NCBI GenBank assembly: GCA_963706575.1
Contig: CAVPNL010000005.1
Span: 96,001-160,000, forward strand
Source of the DNA: an uncultured delta proteobacterium
Lineage (GTDB): Bacteria; Desulfobacterota; Desulfobacteria; Desulfobacterales; JAHEIW01
DNA: 64,000 nucleotides
Reading direction: 5' to 3'
Positions within the stretch are counted from its first letter, which is position 1, and each line of letters opens with the position of its first letter. The position numbers and the translations under genes were made by a program. The notes beneath the pieces are model-generated. The model had not been told where the DNA came from. It saw nothing but the letters and a program-made list of their open reading frames with translations, and made no database searches. This document shows positions 51,475 through 61,460 of this stretch, one piece after another.

Positions 51475-52344
51475 ATGTTACTCAAAAAAATTGCAATAAA
51501 AGAGACATCAACCGTATTATGGAATCTGTTGCTGATTTCCGCAGGCAGCGTTATTTGCGCAGTTGGCATTAAAGGGATTCTGGTTCCCAAACATTTTCTG
51601 GCAGGTGGTGTTACCGGACTGGCCTTGCTCGCCCATTATGTCTTTGCATCCCTGCCGATCGGATTTCTCTATTTTCTGCTGAATATCCCCCTGTTTGTCA
51701 TCGGCTGGATGTTCGTGGGCAAGCGCTTTTTCTGGTACAGCCTGGCGGGGATGATAATCTTCTCGGCGGTGATATTTTGGCCGTTTCCGGTCTTCCCGGT
51801 TGAAGACATGATTCTCAATGCGCTGACAGCCGGAATTATCACGGGACTTGGCTCGGGTATGATTTTGAGGTCGCTGGGTTCCGCCGGTGGACTGGACATT
51901 CTTTCGATCATTTTATTTAAACGCTTCTCCGTACGTCCTGGTACCACGGTGATGGCGTTCCACGCCATCATGCTGCTCATTGCGCTGTTCCGTCTGCCGA
52001 TGGAGCGCGTGTTGTACACATTGATTTATTTCTTTATCAACGCATACGTCGTTAACCTGGTTGTCATCGGGCTCAGCCAGCGCAAAGCCATAATGATCAT
52101 TTCCCCCCAATGGAAAGAGATTTCCCGACAAATAATGGAAAAACTGCAAAGGGGTGTAACGGTGGTGCAGGGTGAAGGCGGATACTCCGGGCAGCAATTG
52201 CATATACTTTATTCGGTCATCACGCTTACCGAGCTTTCCCGTTTCAAGGAAATGGTTCGCAAAATCGATCCACATGCTTTCGTGGTGGTGACCGAAACTC
52301 TGGAGGTTATGGGAAAAGGGATCGGTAATCAGCCGCACTGGTAA
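51475..52344 (+). CDS. YitT family membrane protein
   Basis: AGGVTGLA, LNIPLF, GSAGGLDI, RGVT...GEGGYS, IDPHAF. Confidence 0.9.
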   Translation: MLLKKIAIKETSTVLWNLLLISAGSVICAVGIKGILVPKHFLAGGVTGLALLAHYVFASLPIGFLYFLLNIPLFVIGWMFVGKRFFWYSLAGMIIFSAVIFWPFPVFPVEDMILNALTAGIITGLGSGMILRSLGSAGGLDILSIILFKRFSVRPGTTVMAFHAIMLLIALFRLPMERVLYTLIYFFINAYVVNLVVIGLSQRKAIMIISPQWKEISRQIMEKLQRGVTVVQGEGGYSGQQLHILYSVITLTELSRFKEMVRKIDPHAFVVVTETLEVMGKGIGNQPHW

Positions 52345-52392
52345 AAATTCCATATGCGGGGCAGGAGTTCATTCAACCATAATGGATTGATC

Positions 52393-52923
52393 ATGAAAAG
52401 TTTAAGCTGGATAATAAAAGTTATTTTTTTAGTTTTATTATTTTTAAGCGATGCGCCGGTTTTCTCGGAAGTCGCCCCTTCAAATAAAGACCTGCTGGTG
52501 GCCGGCTGGGTGGAGAATGTCAGCCTTTTCCCGGGCAATTTGAAGATCAAAGCCAAGCTTGACACCGGCGCCAAGAATTCATCTTTAAATGCAAAGTATA
52601 TCGAGGACTTTGAGCGCGACGGGGAGAAATGGGTGCGCTTCAAGTTGAAAAATTGGAAAGGACGGACGGAGAAATTTGAAGCCAGGGTAATTCGCACGGC
52701 CACAATCAAACAGCACGAGACCGAATCGGTAACGCGCCCCGTCATTCGCCTTGGAATCTGCCTGGGGAATATTTATAAAGAGGTTGAAGTCAATCTGCAG
52801 GATCGCAGCAAATTTAATTACCAGCTGCTTATCGGGCGCAGTTATCTCCAAAATTCAATTTTAGTAGACTCCTCTGCGACGCTTACCGTTCAACCTGACT
52901 GCCAGGGAGCAATTCATAAATGA
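52393..52923 (+). CDS. RimK-associated retropepsin-like ('ATP-dependent zinc') protease, exported; start approximate
   Basis: GWVE, AKLDTGA..SS, RPVI, EVNL.DRSKFNY.LLIGR. Confidence 0.88.
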   Translation: MKSLSWIIKVIFLVLLFLSDAPVFSEVAPSNKDLLVAGWVENVSLFPGNLKIKAKLDTGAKNSSLNAKYIEDFERDGEKWVRFKLKNWKGRTEKFEARVIRTATIKQHETESVTRPVIRLGICLGNIYKEVEVNLQDRSKFNYQLLIGRSYLQNSILVDSSATLTVQPDCQGAIHK

Positions 52924-54455
52924 CCAGACGGCATCTAATCTTCCTGACGCTGACATTAACACTTATCGGGTCAATTGTCTTTTTGTACAAGGCGCTGGTA
53001 TTGAATTTTCCGCTGGTACCTGAAGTTCGATCCGATATCTGGGCGGTTGAGGCCCACCTGACCTTTGTCTCCGACAATAAACCCATCAAGGTTTCAATGA
53101 ACCTTCCTCGCAATTCCCGCCGATTTGCGATCGTGAATGAGAATTTTATTTCCCGCGGGTATGGCGTCAACGTCGTAACCGAAGATGGGAAACGCAAGGT
53201 TCATTGGTCGATTCGCAAGGCCAGGGGAGCTCAAAATCTCTATTACCGTGCTTCGGTGCGCCGGATGGATAGAGACATCCCCCCAAAAACGCCGCAAGGA
53301 CCCGGCCCTGAAAAACCCGATCTCAAAGGCGCTTATCGTGAGGCCTCCGAGGCCCTTGTCTCGGAAGCGCGCGAAAAATCCGCCGATATAGACGGCATCA
53401 TCATCGAGTTGTTGCATCGCCTTAACACCCCGCGGCCGGGGGATAATGCCGCGCTGCTGCTGGGCAAAAAGGCCTCGGTCCAGAAGAAAGTGGATCTATC
53501 CGTTCAATTACTGGCACTAGCCGGTATTCACGCCCGCAGCGTGCATGGTATAGGACTGGAAGATCAAAAGCGCAATTCACCAATTATCCACTGGTTGGAA
53601 ATTTACGATAAAAAGCAGTGGGTATCCTATGATCCGGTTACCGGAAAGCAGGGAGTGCCCGAGGGTTACCTGATCTGGTGGCGGGGCATGGAGCCGCTGT
53701 TTGAGTCCCAGGGAACGAAAAACCTTGCCGCAACCGTTTCGGTGTCTCGCAGCGAGGAGCCGGCCGTACAGGCGGTCTTAGAAACCGGTGAGCTTAAAAA
53801 ACCATTTTTACTGGGCTTTTCGCTGTTCAGTCTTCCAATTGAGACCCAGGCCGTATATCACGTGATTTTAATGGTGCCGGTCGGTGTTTTTCTGCTGGTT
53901 ATCCTGCGCAATGTCATTGGTATCCGGACCTTCGGCACTTTTATGCCGGTGCTCATTGCCCTGGCATTTCGAGAAACCCAACTTTTATGGGGTGTCATTT
54001 TATTTTCCAGCTTAATTGCTTTAGGCCTTGTCATTCGGCTATATCTGGCTCACCTGAAGTTGCTGGTGGTGCCTCGACTGGCTGCCATTTTAATTGTCGT
54101 GATTTACCTGATGGCCCTGTTCAGCATTTTGACGCACAAATTCGGTTTGGAACGCGGACTTTCCGTCGCGCTTTTCCCCATGGTGATTATGACCATGACC
54201 ATTGAACGAATGTCCATTGGCTGGGAAGAGCTGGGGGCCTTGGAAACCCTGAAGCAAGGTGCATGGTCGATGGTTGCAGCGATGCTGGCTTATTTAGTGA
54301 TGACCATCAAGCACATTGAACACTTGTTGTTTGTTTTTCCGGAGCTATTGCTTATTCTGCTGGCCGGAACCTTATGGCTGGGGCGCTACACCGGGTTCAG
54401 GTTACTGGAGCTGCCGCGTTTTAAATCACTGACAAAGATAAGACCTGATGTTTAG
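52920..54455 (+). CDS. Inactive transglutaminase domain fused to a 7-TM domain
   Basis: ARSVHG...HWLE...YDP transglutaminase-like core; RNVIGIRTFGTFMPVLIALAF, FPMVI. Confidence 0.9.
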   Translation: MTRRHLIFLTLTLTLIGSIVFLYKALVLNFPLVPEVRSDIWAVEAHLTFVSDNKPIKVSMNLPRNSRRFAIVNENFISRGYGVNVVTEDGKRKVHWSIRKARGAQNLYYRASVRRMDRDIPPKTPQGPGPEKPDLKGAYREASEALVSEAREKSADIDGIIIELLHRLNTPRPGDNAALLLGKKASVQKKVDLSVQLLALAGIHARSVHGIGLEDQKRNSPIIHWLEIYDKKQWVSYDPVTGKQGVPEGYLIWWRGMEPLFESQGTKNLAATVSVSRSEEPAVQAVLETGELKKPFLLGFSLFSLPIETQAVYHVILMVPVGVFLLVILRNVIGIRTFGTFMPVLIALAFRETQLLWGVILFSSLIALGLVIRLYLAHLKLLVVPRLAAILIVVIYLMALFSILTHKFGLERGLSVALFPMVIMTMTIERMSIGWEELGALETLKQGAWSMVAAMLAYLVMTIKHIEHLLFVFPELLLILLAGTLWLGRYTGFRLLELPRFKSLTKIRPDV

Positions 54456-55389
54456 CCTAAAAAAGCAACTCACTGGGATCGGTGTGCTGGGGATCAACCG
54501 GCGAAACGCCGAGTACACCTTTAAATACAACTCGCGCGATCGCTATCCGCTGGTGGATGACAAGTTGCAAACCAAGAAACTTGCCACCGAGGCGGACATC
54601 GCCGTACCGGAACTCTATGGTGTTATTGAAACCGAATACCAGGTTCGTCACTTCGCTGAGATGATTAAACCCTATGCTGAGTTCGCAGTCAAACCATCCA
54701 GAGGCTCGGGCGGAAAAGGGATTCTGGTTATCGTCGGGCGCTCAAAGGATATGTACCGTACTGTCGATGGCTCGCTGCTGACCCGAGAAGAAGTCGGTTA
54801 TCAACTGTCTAATGTCATCAGTGGCATGTATAGCCTGGGGGGACAGCCGGATAAAGCGTTAATTGAATATCGGGTGAAGTTTGATCCGGTGTTTGAAACT
54901 ATCAGTTATCAGGGTGTACCCGATATTCGAGTCATTGTTTTTCTTGGAGTGCCGGTCATGTCCATGGTCCGATTACCCACGCGTATGTCCGGTGGCAAAG
55001 CCAACCTGCATCAAGGAGCCATTGGCGCCGGAATCGATATTGCTACCGGTACAACCCTTACGGCGGTCTGGCGCAATTCGATTATCAGCGAGCATCCGGA
55101 TACCGGCAATCCGGTCACCGGTGTAAAAATTCCCAATTGGGAAAAATTGTTAAAAATTGCCGCTCAGTGTAATGCACTTGCCGGACTGGGATATATCGGC
55201 GTTGATCTGGTTTTAGATAAAGAAAAGGGGCCTTTAATCCTGGAAATGAACGCACGCCCGGGTCTTAACATCCAGATTGCCAACCGAGCCGGCTTGTTGC
55301 CGCGCTTGCGCCTTGTTGAACAGCATCAGCAAGATTTGTCCAATATCGAAGACCGCATCGCTTTTTCCAGACAGCACTTTAGGGCATAA
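54448..55389 (+). CDS. Alpha-L-glutamate ligase-like ATP-grasp protein (RimK-related)
   Basis: GINRRN, VDDKL.TK, KPSRGSGGKGI, GVPDIR, KANLHQGA, LEMNARPGL.IQIAN. Confidence 0.92.
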   Translation: MFSLKKQLTGIGVLGINRRNAEYTFKYNSRDRYPLVDDKLQTKKLATEADIAVPELYGVIETEYQVRHFAEMIKPYAEFAVKPSRGSGGKGILVIVGRSKDMYRTVDGSLLTREEVGYQLSNVISGMYSLGGQPDKALIEYRVKFDPVFETISYQGVPDIRVIVFLGVPVMSMVRLPTRMSGGKANLHQGAIGAGIDIATGTTLTAVWRNSIISEHPDTGNPVTGVKIPNWEKLLKIAAQCNALAGLGYIGVDLVLDKEKGPLILEMNARPGLNIQIANRAGLLPRLRLVEQHQQDLSNIEDRIAFSRQHFRA

Positions 55390-55417
55390 TTTTTATATAT
55401 CTTCCAAGGAGGGCTTC

Positions 55418-55621
55418 ATGATTCGAAATATTATTTTTTTATGTCTGATTGGAGTGGTTGTCATCTTTGTGCTACAAAACACCCAGGTCGTTGAAGTCCG
55501 GTTTCTCTTCTGGACCATTTCGATGTCTCGGGCTTTAATGTTATTCGGGACTTTGGCGATTGGATTAGTCGGGGGATGGCTGATAACATTACCCAGGCGT
55601 GGGAAAACGCCAAAAAAATAA
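55418..55621 (+). CDS. Small LapA/DUF1049 family membrane protein
   Basis: AGGAGG RBS; FVLQNTQVVEVRFLFW; two TM helices. Confidence 0.75.
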   Translation: MIRNIIFLCLIGVVVIFVLQNTQVVEVRFLFWTISMSRALMLFGTLAIGLVGGWLITLPRRGKTPKK

Positions 55622-55632
55622 GGAGAAGTGGT

Positions 55633-56235
55633 ATGAATATACGGCAAAGATGGTTTTTTTCAATCTTTACCATTATCGCATTGATAGCAATATCACCGAT
55701 TGATTTGTGCCATGCAGACGACAGGGCCAGAGACCGCAAAACGTTGCAGGGTATTCAGTCGGTGGTCGTAAAAGTTCACTCAGTAGAGGCGGAGTGGAAG
55801 ACTGAGCTGGCAAAGGTGGGGCTATCTGAAAGCGCTCTGCAGTCATCCATTGAACATCAACTGCAAAAGGATGGCATTCAGGTTGTTTCCGAAGAAGCCT
55901 CGAATCGATCGGCATTTGAAGGCATTTTGAATGTGCGGCTGAAATTTTCGGACCCCGAACCCGCTAAGAAACAATTTCCAACCGATGACAAAAGCGGAGA
56001 CATCATCGAAAAAGTCGATGTGAAAAAGAGATATGTTTATGCCATCCGGCTCAACCTGCGCCAGCTTGTTTCGCTGAAGCGCGATCCGTCTGCTGAGGCT
56101 TTTTCAATTACCTGGCAGGCTGAATCCGTCGGAATGCGACGTCTGACGCTTATTAAGGACGATATTAAAAGCCTGGTGGATGTATTTATTGAGGCTTACA
56201 CTTCTGAGAATCCGGCGCCGCTAAAAACAAACTAG
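55633..56235 (+). CDS. Hypothetical exported protein
   Basis: AGGAG RBS and signal peptide; no family recognised. Confidence 0.65.
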   Translation: MNIRQRWFFSIFTIIALIAISPIDLCHADDRARDRKTLQGIQSVVVKVHSVEAEWKTELAKVGLSESALQSSIEHQLQKDGIQVVSEEASNRSAFEGILNVRLKFSDPEPAKKQFPTDDKSGDIIEKVDVKKRYVYAIRLNLRQLVSLKRDPSAEAFSITWQAESVGMRRLTLIKDDIKSLVDVFIEAYTSENPAPLKTN

Positions 56236-56354
56236 AAGTGTGTAATTCCCGAAAGTGCGTCGTAGCCGGTGCACGGAGTATGCTTCAAAGCTGAGGCCGT
56301 TTGTCGCAAAATTCGTATTTAAAATTCGATTAAGCAATCCTTTGGAGGAAAGCC

Positions 56355-58076
56355 ATGGCTGTGGATGTTTCGATTCGCATTGCGGGTCAGGCAGGTCAGG
56401 GAATCCAGTCAATCAGCGCCATTATGGGAAAGATCTTCATCCGTCATGGCTACTACGTTTTCATCAATCAAGATGCCGAATCCCGCATTCGGGGTGGGCA
56501 TAACTTTGATCAGATTAGGGTCAAAGATCAGCCGGTTTATGCGATTGACGACAAAGTGGACTACTTGATTTGTCTGGACGGAAATGCCGTGGATTCCGAT
56601 CTGCCGAATCTGGCCGAAAACGGGATTATGATCTATGATGGAGAGTCAGATTTTCGATCCGACAACCCCCAGCATTTCTCAATTCCGCTTGAGCAAATTG
56701 CCGAGCAGGTCGGCAAAAAAAAGATTATGGTGAATTCGGTGGCCACCGGCGCGGCATTTGCACTGATGGGGTTTGAATTGCAGCCCTTGCTGGACCGTCT
56801 TAAAGAAGAATTTGCAGCCAAGGGTGACGAGATCGTCGAAAAAAATCAAAACTGCGCCTCAAACGGTTACCGTTACGTCAAAGAAAATTTTAGAGGTGTT
56901 TCAGCTGATCAAATACCGACAGGATCATTTTCGAGACGAAAAATGCTTCTCAACGGCAGTCAAGCCATGGCGCTGGGCGCTGTTTGTTGCGGATTGAAAT
57001 TCTTTTCAGCCTACCCGATGTCGCCCGCGACACCCATTATGGAATTTATCGCTTCAGTGGCAAATCAATATAACATTATCCTCGAACAGGCCGAAGACGA
57101 AATTGCCGCTATTAACATGGCTATCGGGGCAGCGTTTGCCGGTGTAAGGGCGATGACGGCTACTTCCGGTGGCGGTTTCAGCCTGATGGTTGAAGGACTG
57201 GGTTTAGCCGGAATGACCGAGACACCGGTTGTCGTTGTGGTTGCCCAGCGTCCGGGCCCCGCCACCGGGCTGCCCACCAGAACCGAACAGGGTGATTTGC
57301 AATTTGTCATCCATGCTTCTCACGGAGAGTTTCCCCGGGCGGTTCTGGCACCGGGCCATGCGGAGCAGGCCTTTTATCTGATGGCCAAAGCTTTCAATCT
57401 GGCCGAAAGCTATCAGACGCCGGTAATTGTTTTAGGAGACCAGCATCTCAATGATTCATATTATACGTTAGACCATTTAGATCTGGATCAAACACCCATT
57501 GATCGCGGCGACATTAATTTGGACCATCAGATATCTTCAGTGAAAGATTACAAACGTTACGCCTGGCAGGAGACTGGCGTTTCGCCCAGAATTTTACCGG
57601 GCCGGTCTAAGGCCGTGTTGTATGCCGACAGTGATGAGCACACGGAAGCGGGACATATCACGGAAAGTGCCGAGATACGAACCCGGATGGTCCGCAAACG
57701 GATGCGGAAACTGGAGGGGATACGCAGCCAGATGGCGTCGCCCCAAATTTTTCCATCAAAGAAAGCGGATATCGTGCTTCTGGGATGGGGATCAATTTAT
57801 GGCGCGATGAAAGAAGCAGTGAATATTTTGAATCATGAGGGCATCGCCGCCCAAATGATCCATTTCAGTGAGCTTTTTCCATTCAGCGCAGTCCCATTTT
57901 TAACGAAGATAAAGAAGAAGGCAAAAATATTTGCTATTGAAAGTAATTTTACCGGGCAATTTGCAAATTTCTTCACTGCTGAGGCAGGGCGTCCCGTTTT
58001 TCACAAAATATTAAAATTCAATGGGAGGCCGTTTGCGCCCCGGGAAATCGTCATGCGGGTGAAAGAACAGATATGA
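56355..58076 (+). CDS. 2-oxoacid:ferredoxin oxidoreductase alpha subunit (KorA-like)
   Basis: GQAGQG, SRIRGGH, AYPMSPAT, QAEDEIAA, TSGGGFSLM.E, QRPGPATGLPT. Confidence 0.93.
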   Translation: MAVDVSIRIAGQAGQGIQSISAIMGKIFIRHGYYVFINQDAESRIRGGHNFDQIRVKDQPVYAIDDKVDYLICLDGNAVDSDLPNLAENGIMIYDGESDFRSDNPQHFSIPLEQIAEQVGKKKIMVNSVATGAAFALMGFELQPLLDRLKEEFAAKGDEIVEKNQNCASNGYRYVKENFRGVSADQIPTGSFSRRKMLLNGSQAMALGAVCCGLKFFSAYPMSPATPIMEFIASVANQYNIILEQAEDEIAAINMAIGAAFAGVRAMTATSGGGFSLMVEGLGLAGMTETPVVVVVAQRPGPATGLPTRTEQGDLQFVIHASHGEFPRAVLAPGHAEQAFYLMAKAFNLAESYQTPVIVLGDQHLNDSYYTLDHLDLDQTPIDRGDINLDHQISSVKDYKRYAWQETGVSPRILPGRSKAVLYADSDEHTEAGHITESAEIRTRMVRKRMRKLEGIRSQMASPQIFPSKKADIVLLGWGSIYGAMKEAVNILNHEGIAAQMIHFSELFPFSAVPFLTKIKKKAKIFAIESNFTGQFANFFTAEAGRPVFHKILKFNGRPFAPREIVMRVKEQI

Positions 58077-58948
58077 AGGACTATAAAATGGTTTCTACGC
58101 AAGATTTTGAAAGCGATGATCCGATTGCCTGGTGTCCCGGCTGCGGAAATTTTTCGATTCTCAAAGCCCTCAAACAGGCATTCGTTGAATTGGGTAAAGA
58201 GCCCCATGAAATTGCCATCGTATCCGGGATCGGGCAGGCCCCGAAAACGCCGCATTATCTTCGATGCAACGCGTTCAACGGCCTGCACGGCAGAACACTG
58301 CCGGTGGCCACAGGAATTAAGCTGGCCAACCATGAGTTGACGGTGTTGGCCGAAGGCGGAGACGGTGACGGATATGCGGAGGGCGGCAACCATTTTCTGC
58401 ATGCCATGCGACGAAACATCGATATTACTTACCTGGTACATAACAATCAGGTCTACGGCCTCACCAAAGGCCAAACTTCACCGACCAGTGGATTGGGTTT
58501 TGTCAGCAAAACCTCCCCGACCGGTTCAACCAGCCCGCCGCTGAATCCGTTGCTGCTTGCAATTGCTTCGGATTGCAGCTTCGTGGCCCGAGGATTCGCC
58601 GGAGAGGTCGAACACCTTACCAGATTGATAAGAGCAGCAATAATGCACCGCGGTTTCGCATTTATTGACATTCTGCAGCCCTGTGTTTCATTTAACCGGG
58701 TCAATACGTTCAAATGGTATGCCGAGCGGATCTACTCTGTCGATGATGATACTAATTTCGATCCATCGGATGCCATGACGGCATTTGCCAAAGCTCAGGA
58801 GTGGGGGGATCGAATTCCGATTGGAATCATTTACTGCAAACAGCGGCCGACGCTGGATGGTCAGCAATCCGCAATTAGCGGGAAAAGCTTGATAAGACAG
58901 AAGCTCGATCCTGCCGGCTTCAGCAGCATATTTGAAGCCTTCAAGTGA
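58073..58948 (+). CDS. 2-oxoacid:ferredoxin oxidoreductase beta subunit (KorB-like)
   Basis: WCPGCG, HGR, GGDGD, NNQVYGLTKGQ.SPT, LQPCVSFN. Confidence 0.93.
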   Translation: MKDYKMVSTQDFESDDPIAWCPGCGNFSILKALKQAFVELGKEPHEIAIVSGIGQAPKTPHYLRCNAFNGLHGRTLPVATGIKLANHELTVLAEGGDGDGYAEGGNHFLHAMRRNIDITYLVHNNQVYGLTKGQTSPTSGLGFVSKTSPTGSTSPPLNPLLLAIASDCSFVARGFAGEVEHLTRLIRAAIMHRGFAFIDILQPCVSFNRVNTFKWYAERIYSVDDDTNFDPSDAMTAFAKAQEWGDRIPIGIIYCKQRPTLDGQQSAISGKSLIRQKLDPAGFSSIFEAFK

Positions 58949-59082
58949 GAATTTTTGGGTTCACGCCTTCATCCAGCTTTCGGGTGTCAACCGAAACAAT
59001 CCGGGTCGTTTTTTTGAAAAATCCAATCCAACATCAAATACCTGCACAATGAACACGATTTGAACCGAAAGGAATACTGCAG

Positions 59083-61212
59083 ATGAACGATTTTCAGAAC
59101 GAGTTTCCCAACTTGCCGGAGCGTATTGCCGGTTTAGGTGAGCTGGCAGAAAACCTGTGGTGGAGCTGGCAGCCGGCAGCTCGCATGCTGTTCAAGACCT
59201 TGGATCGTCAGGCCTGGAAAGAAAGCGTGCACAATCCTGATAAAATGCTCAAAGAGCTGCCCGGGGAAATTTTCGATCGGGCCCCCGCCGATGGGCAGTA
59301 TTTGCGAAATTATGATGTGGTGATGTCTCAGTTCAAAAAATATGTGGAAACGAAGGGATGTCCGCTTTTGCCTGAACTGCCGGATGTGGGGAATTCCAAG
59401 ATTGCCTATTTTTCAGCTGAATACGGATTGCATCGGTCGCTGCCGTTTTATGCCGGCGGATTGGGGTTTTTAGCCGGAGATCACCTCAAAGAATGCAGTG
59501 ACTTGAACATACCTTTGGTGGCCGTGGGCTTTATGTATCCGCAAGGATATCTTCACCAAACCATTCGGGAAGACGGCTGGCAAGATAATATCACTGAAAC
59601 GCTCGATCGGGATGCAGCGCCCATTTTAAGAGTTTTGGGCGCAGATGGAAACCAGTTGATTGTCAGGGTTCCTCTGATCGACCCGGCCATTCACGTGGCG
59701 GTTTGGAAGGTGACAGTTGGACGGGTGCCCCTTTATCTCATGGACACCGATATCGAAATGAACGACCCGTGGAATCGTGGCATATCCGCGCGACTTTACA
59801 CCGGCGACCTGGAGCAACGCCTGCGCCAGGAGATCGTCCTGGGAATCGGCGGTGCCGAAGTGCTGGAGACATTGGGGATTAAACGCTTTGTCTTGCATTT
59901 GAATGAAGGTCATGCCGCATTTGCCCTGTTGGAACAGATTCGGGACCGGATTAACCAGGGGATAAATTATCAGGAGGCTTTGGAATGGGTGCGAAATACT
60001 TCTATTTTTACGACCCACACCCCGGTGCCTGCCGGCCACGATGTCTTTCCGTTTTATCTAATTGAAAAATATTTTCACGCCTACTGGCCGGCGCTGGGGT
60101 TGGATCGCGACGTGTTTCTAAAACTTGGCGTTCATCCGCAAAAACCGGAAGCCGGGTTTAATATGACCGCGATGGCGCTGAGGCTTTCCAAATACCGCAA
60201 TGGTGTCAGCAAAAAGCATGGAGAAGTATCGCGCCGGATGTGGCAAAGCCTCTGGACGGAGTTTCCCGAAGGTGAAAGCGCCATTGATCATATCACCAAT
60301 GGCGTTCACGTTCCAACCTGGATTGAACCCAAGATGCAGCTTCTTTTGGATAAATATCTGGAGCCTGGATGGCTGACGGATCACGATAATCCCCTCATCT
60401 GGGAATCGATTGAAAAGATACCGGATGAGGAATTCTGGAAAACCCATTATTGGATGAAGATCAAGCTGATTGATGCCATCCGGGAAAGATCCCGTCTGCG
60501 CTGGACCCAGGACCGGGCCAATCCGTCTGTTGTTTTAGCCGGTGGGGCCCTGTTGGATCCTTCAGTCCTTACCCTCGGTTTTGCGAGGCGCTTTGCCACA
60601 TACAAACGGGCGGATTTGCTTTTTTATAATTTTGAAAGACTCAAAATGCTTTTGAATGATCGCTGGCGCCCGTTTCAAATTATTTTTGCAGGCAAGGCGC
60701 ATCCGGCCGACGATCCGGGGAAGCGAATTTTACAGCGGATTTTCAATGTCAGTCGCGATCCGGATACAGGGGGGCGCATCGCCTTTATCGAAGATTACGG
60801 CGAGCAGCTGGCCCAGTATCTGGTTCATGGCGTAGACGTGTGGCTCAATACGCCAATTCCACCGATGGAGGCCAGCGGAACCAGCGGCATGAAGGCGGCG
60901 CTAAACGGGGTGCCGCAACTGAGCATCTTGGATGGCTGGTGGCTGGAAGGTTACAATGAAAAAAACGGTTGGGCGATCGATCATCCATCAGTCGACGGTA
61001 ATCGAGATCAGGCCGATGCCGGCGAAATATACCGAATTTTAGAAGAAGAAATTATACCCCTGTATTACGATGTTTCAGAAGAGGGCATACCTTATAGGTG
61101 GGTAAAACTAATGAAAGAATCTATAAAGAGCAATGCCGCCAAATTTTCGGCCCGACGAATGGTTAAGGAGTATGTTGAAAAGTTTTATAAAAAGGCATTA
61201 AAAAACATATAG
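59083..61212 (+). CDS. glgP: Alpha-glucan (glycogen) phosphorylase
   Basis: AYFSAEYG, YAGGLG.LAGDH.K, HLNEGH, ITNGVH, FARRFATYKR, EASGTSGMK. Confidence 0.95.
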   Translation: MNDFQNEFPNLPERIAGLGELAENLWWSWQPAARMLFKTLDRQAWKESVHNPDKMLKELPGEIFDRAPADGQYLRNYDVVMSQFKKYVETKGCPLLPELPDVGNSKIAYFSAEYGLHRSLPFYAGGLGFLAGDHLKECSDLNIPLVAVGFMYPQGYLHQTIREDGWQDNITETLDRDAAPILRVLGADGNQLIVRVPLIDPAIHVAVWKVTVGRVPLYLMDTDIEMNDPWNRGISARLYTGDLEQRLRQEIVLGIGGAEVLETLGIKRFVLHLNEGHAAFALLEQIRDRINQGINYQEALEWVRNTSIFTTHTPVPAGHDVFPFYLIEKYFHAYWPALGLDRDVFLKLGVHPQKPEAGFNMTAMALRLSKYRNGVSKKHGEVSRRMWQSLWTEFPEGESAIDHITNGVHVPTWIEPKMQLLLDKYLEPGWLTDHDNPLIWESIEKIPDEEFWKTHYWMKIKLIDAIRERSRLRWTQDRANPSVVLAGGALLDPSVLTLGFARRFATYKRADLLFYNFERLKMLLNDRWRPFQIIFAGKAHPADDPGKRILQRIFNVSRDPDTGGRIAFIEDYGEQLAQYLVHGVDVWLNTPIPPMEASGTSGMKAALNGVPQLSILDGWWLEGYNEKNGWAIDHPSVDGNRDQADAGEIYRILEEEIIPLYYDVSEEGIPYRWVKLMKESIKSNAAKFSARRMVKEYVEKFYKKALKNI

Positions 61213-61460
61213 AACAAACTTTGGAATTGTCTATTATTTAAATTTGCAATGATAAAATTAGAATAAATGTGCAGCCGATAATTCGATTGTCCGGATAAGA
61301 AGTTAAGATTCCGTTAAAAGAAATATAGGAACTGCCAATCCTTGTTTTTTTTTGTTTAGATTTCAATCAATTAGGTAAATAATCGTACACGCCGCGATCG
61401 TTTCTCACCTAAATTTATTACCGCAACCAGTCACGCCAGTTCACAGGCATCACCGGTTTT

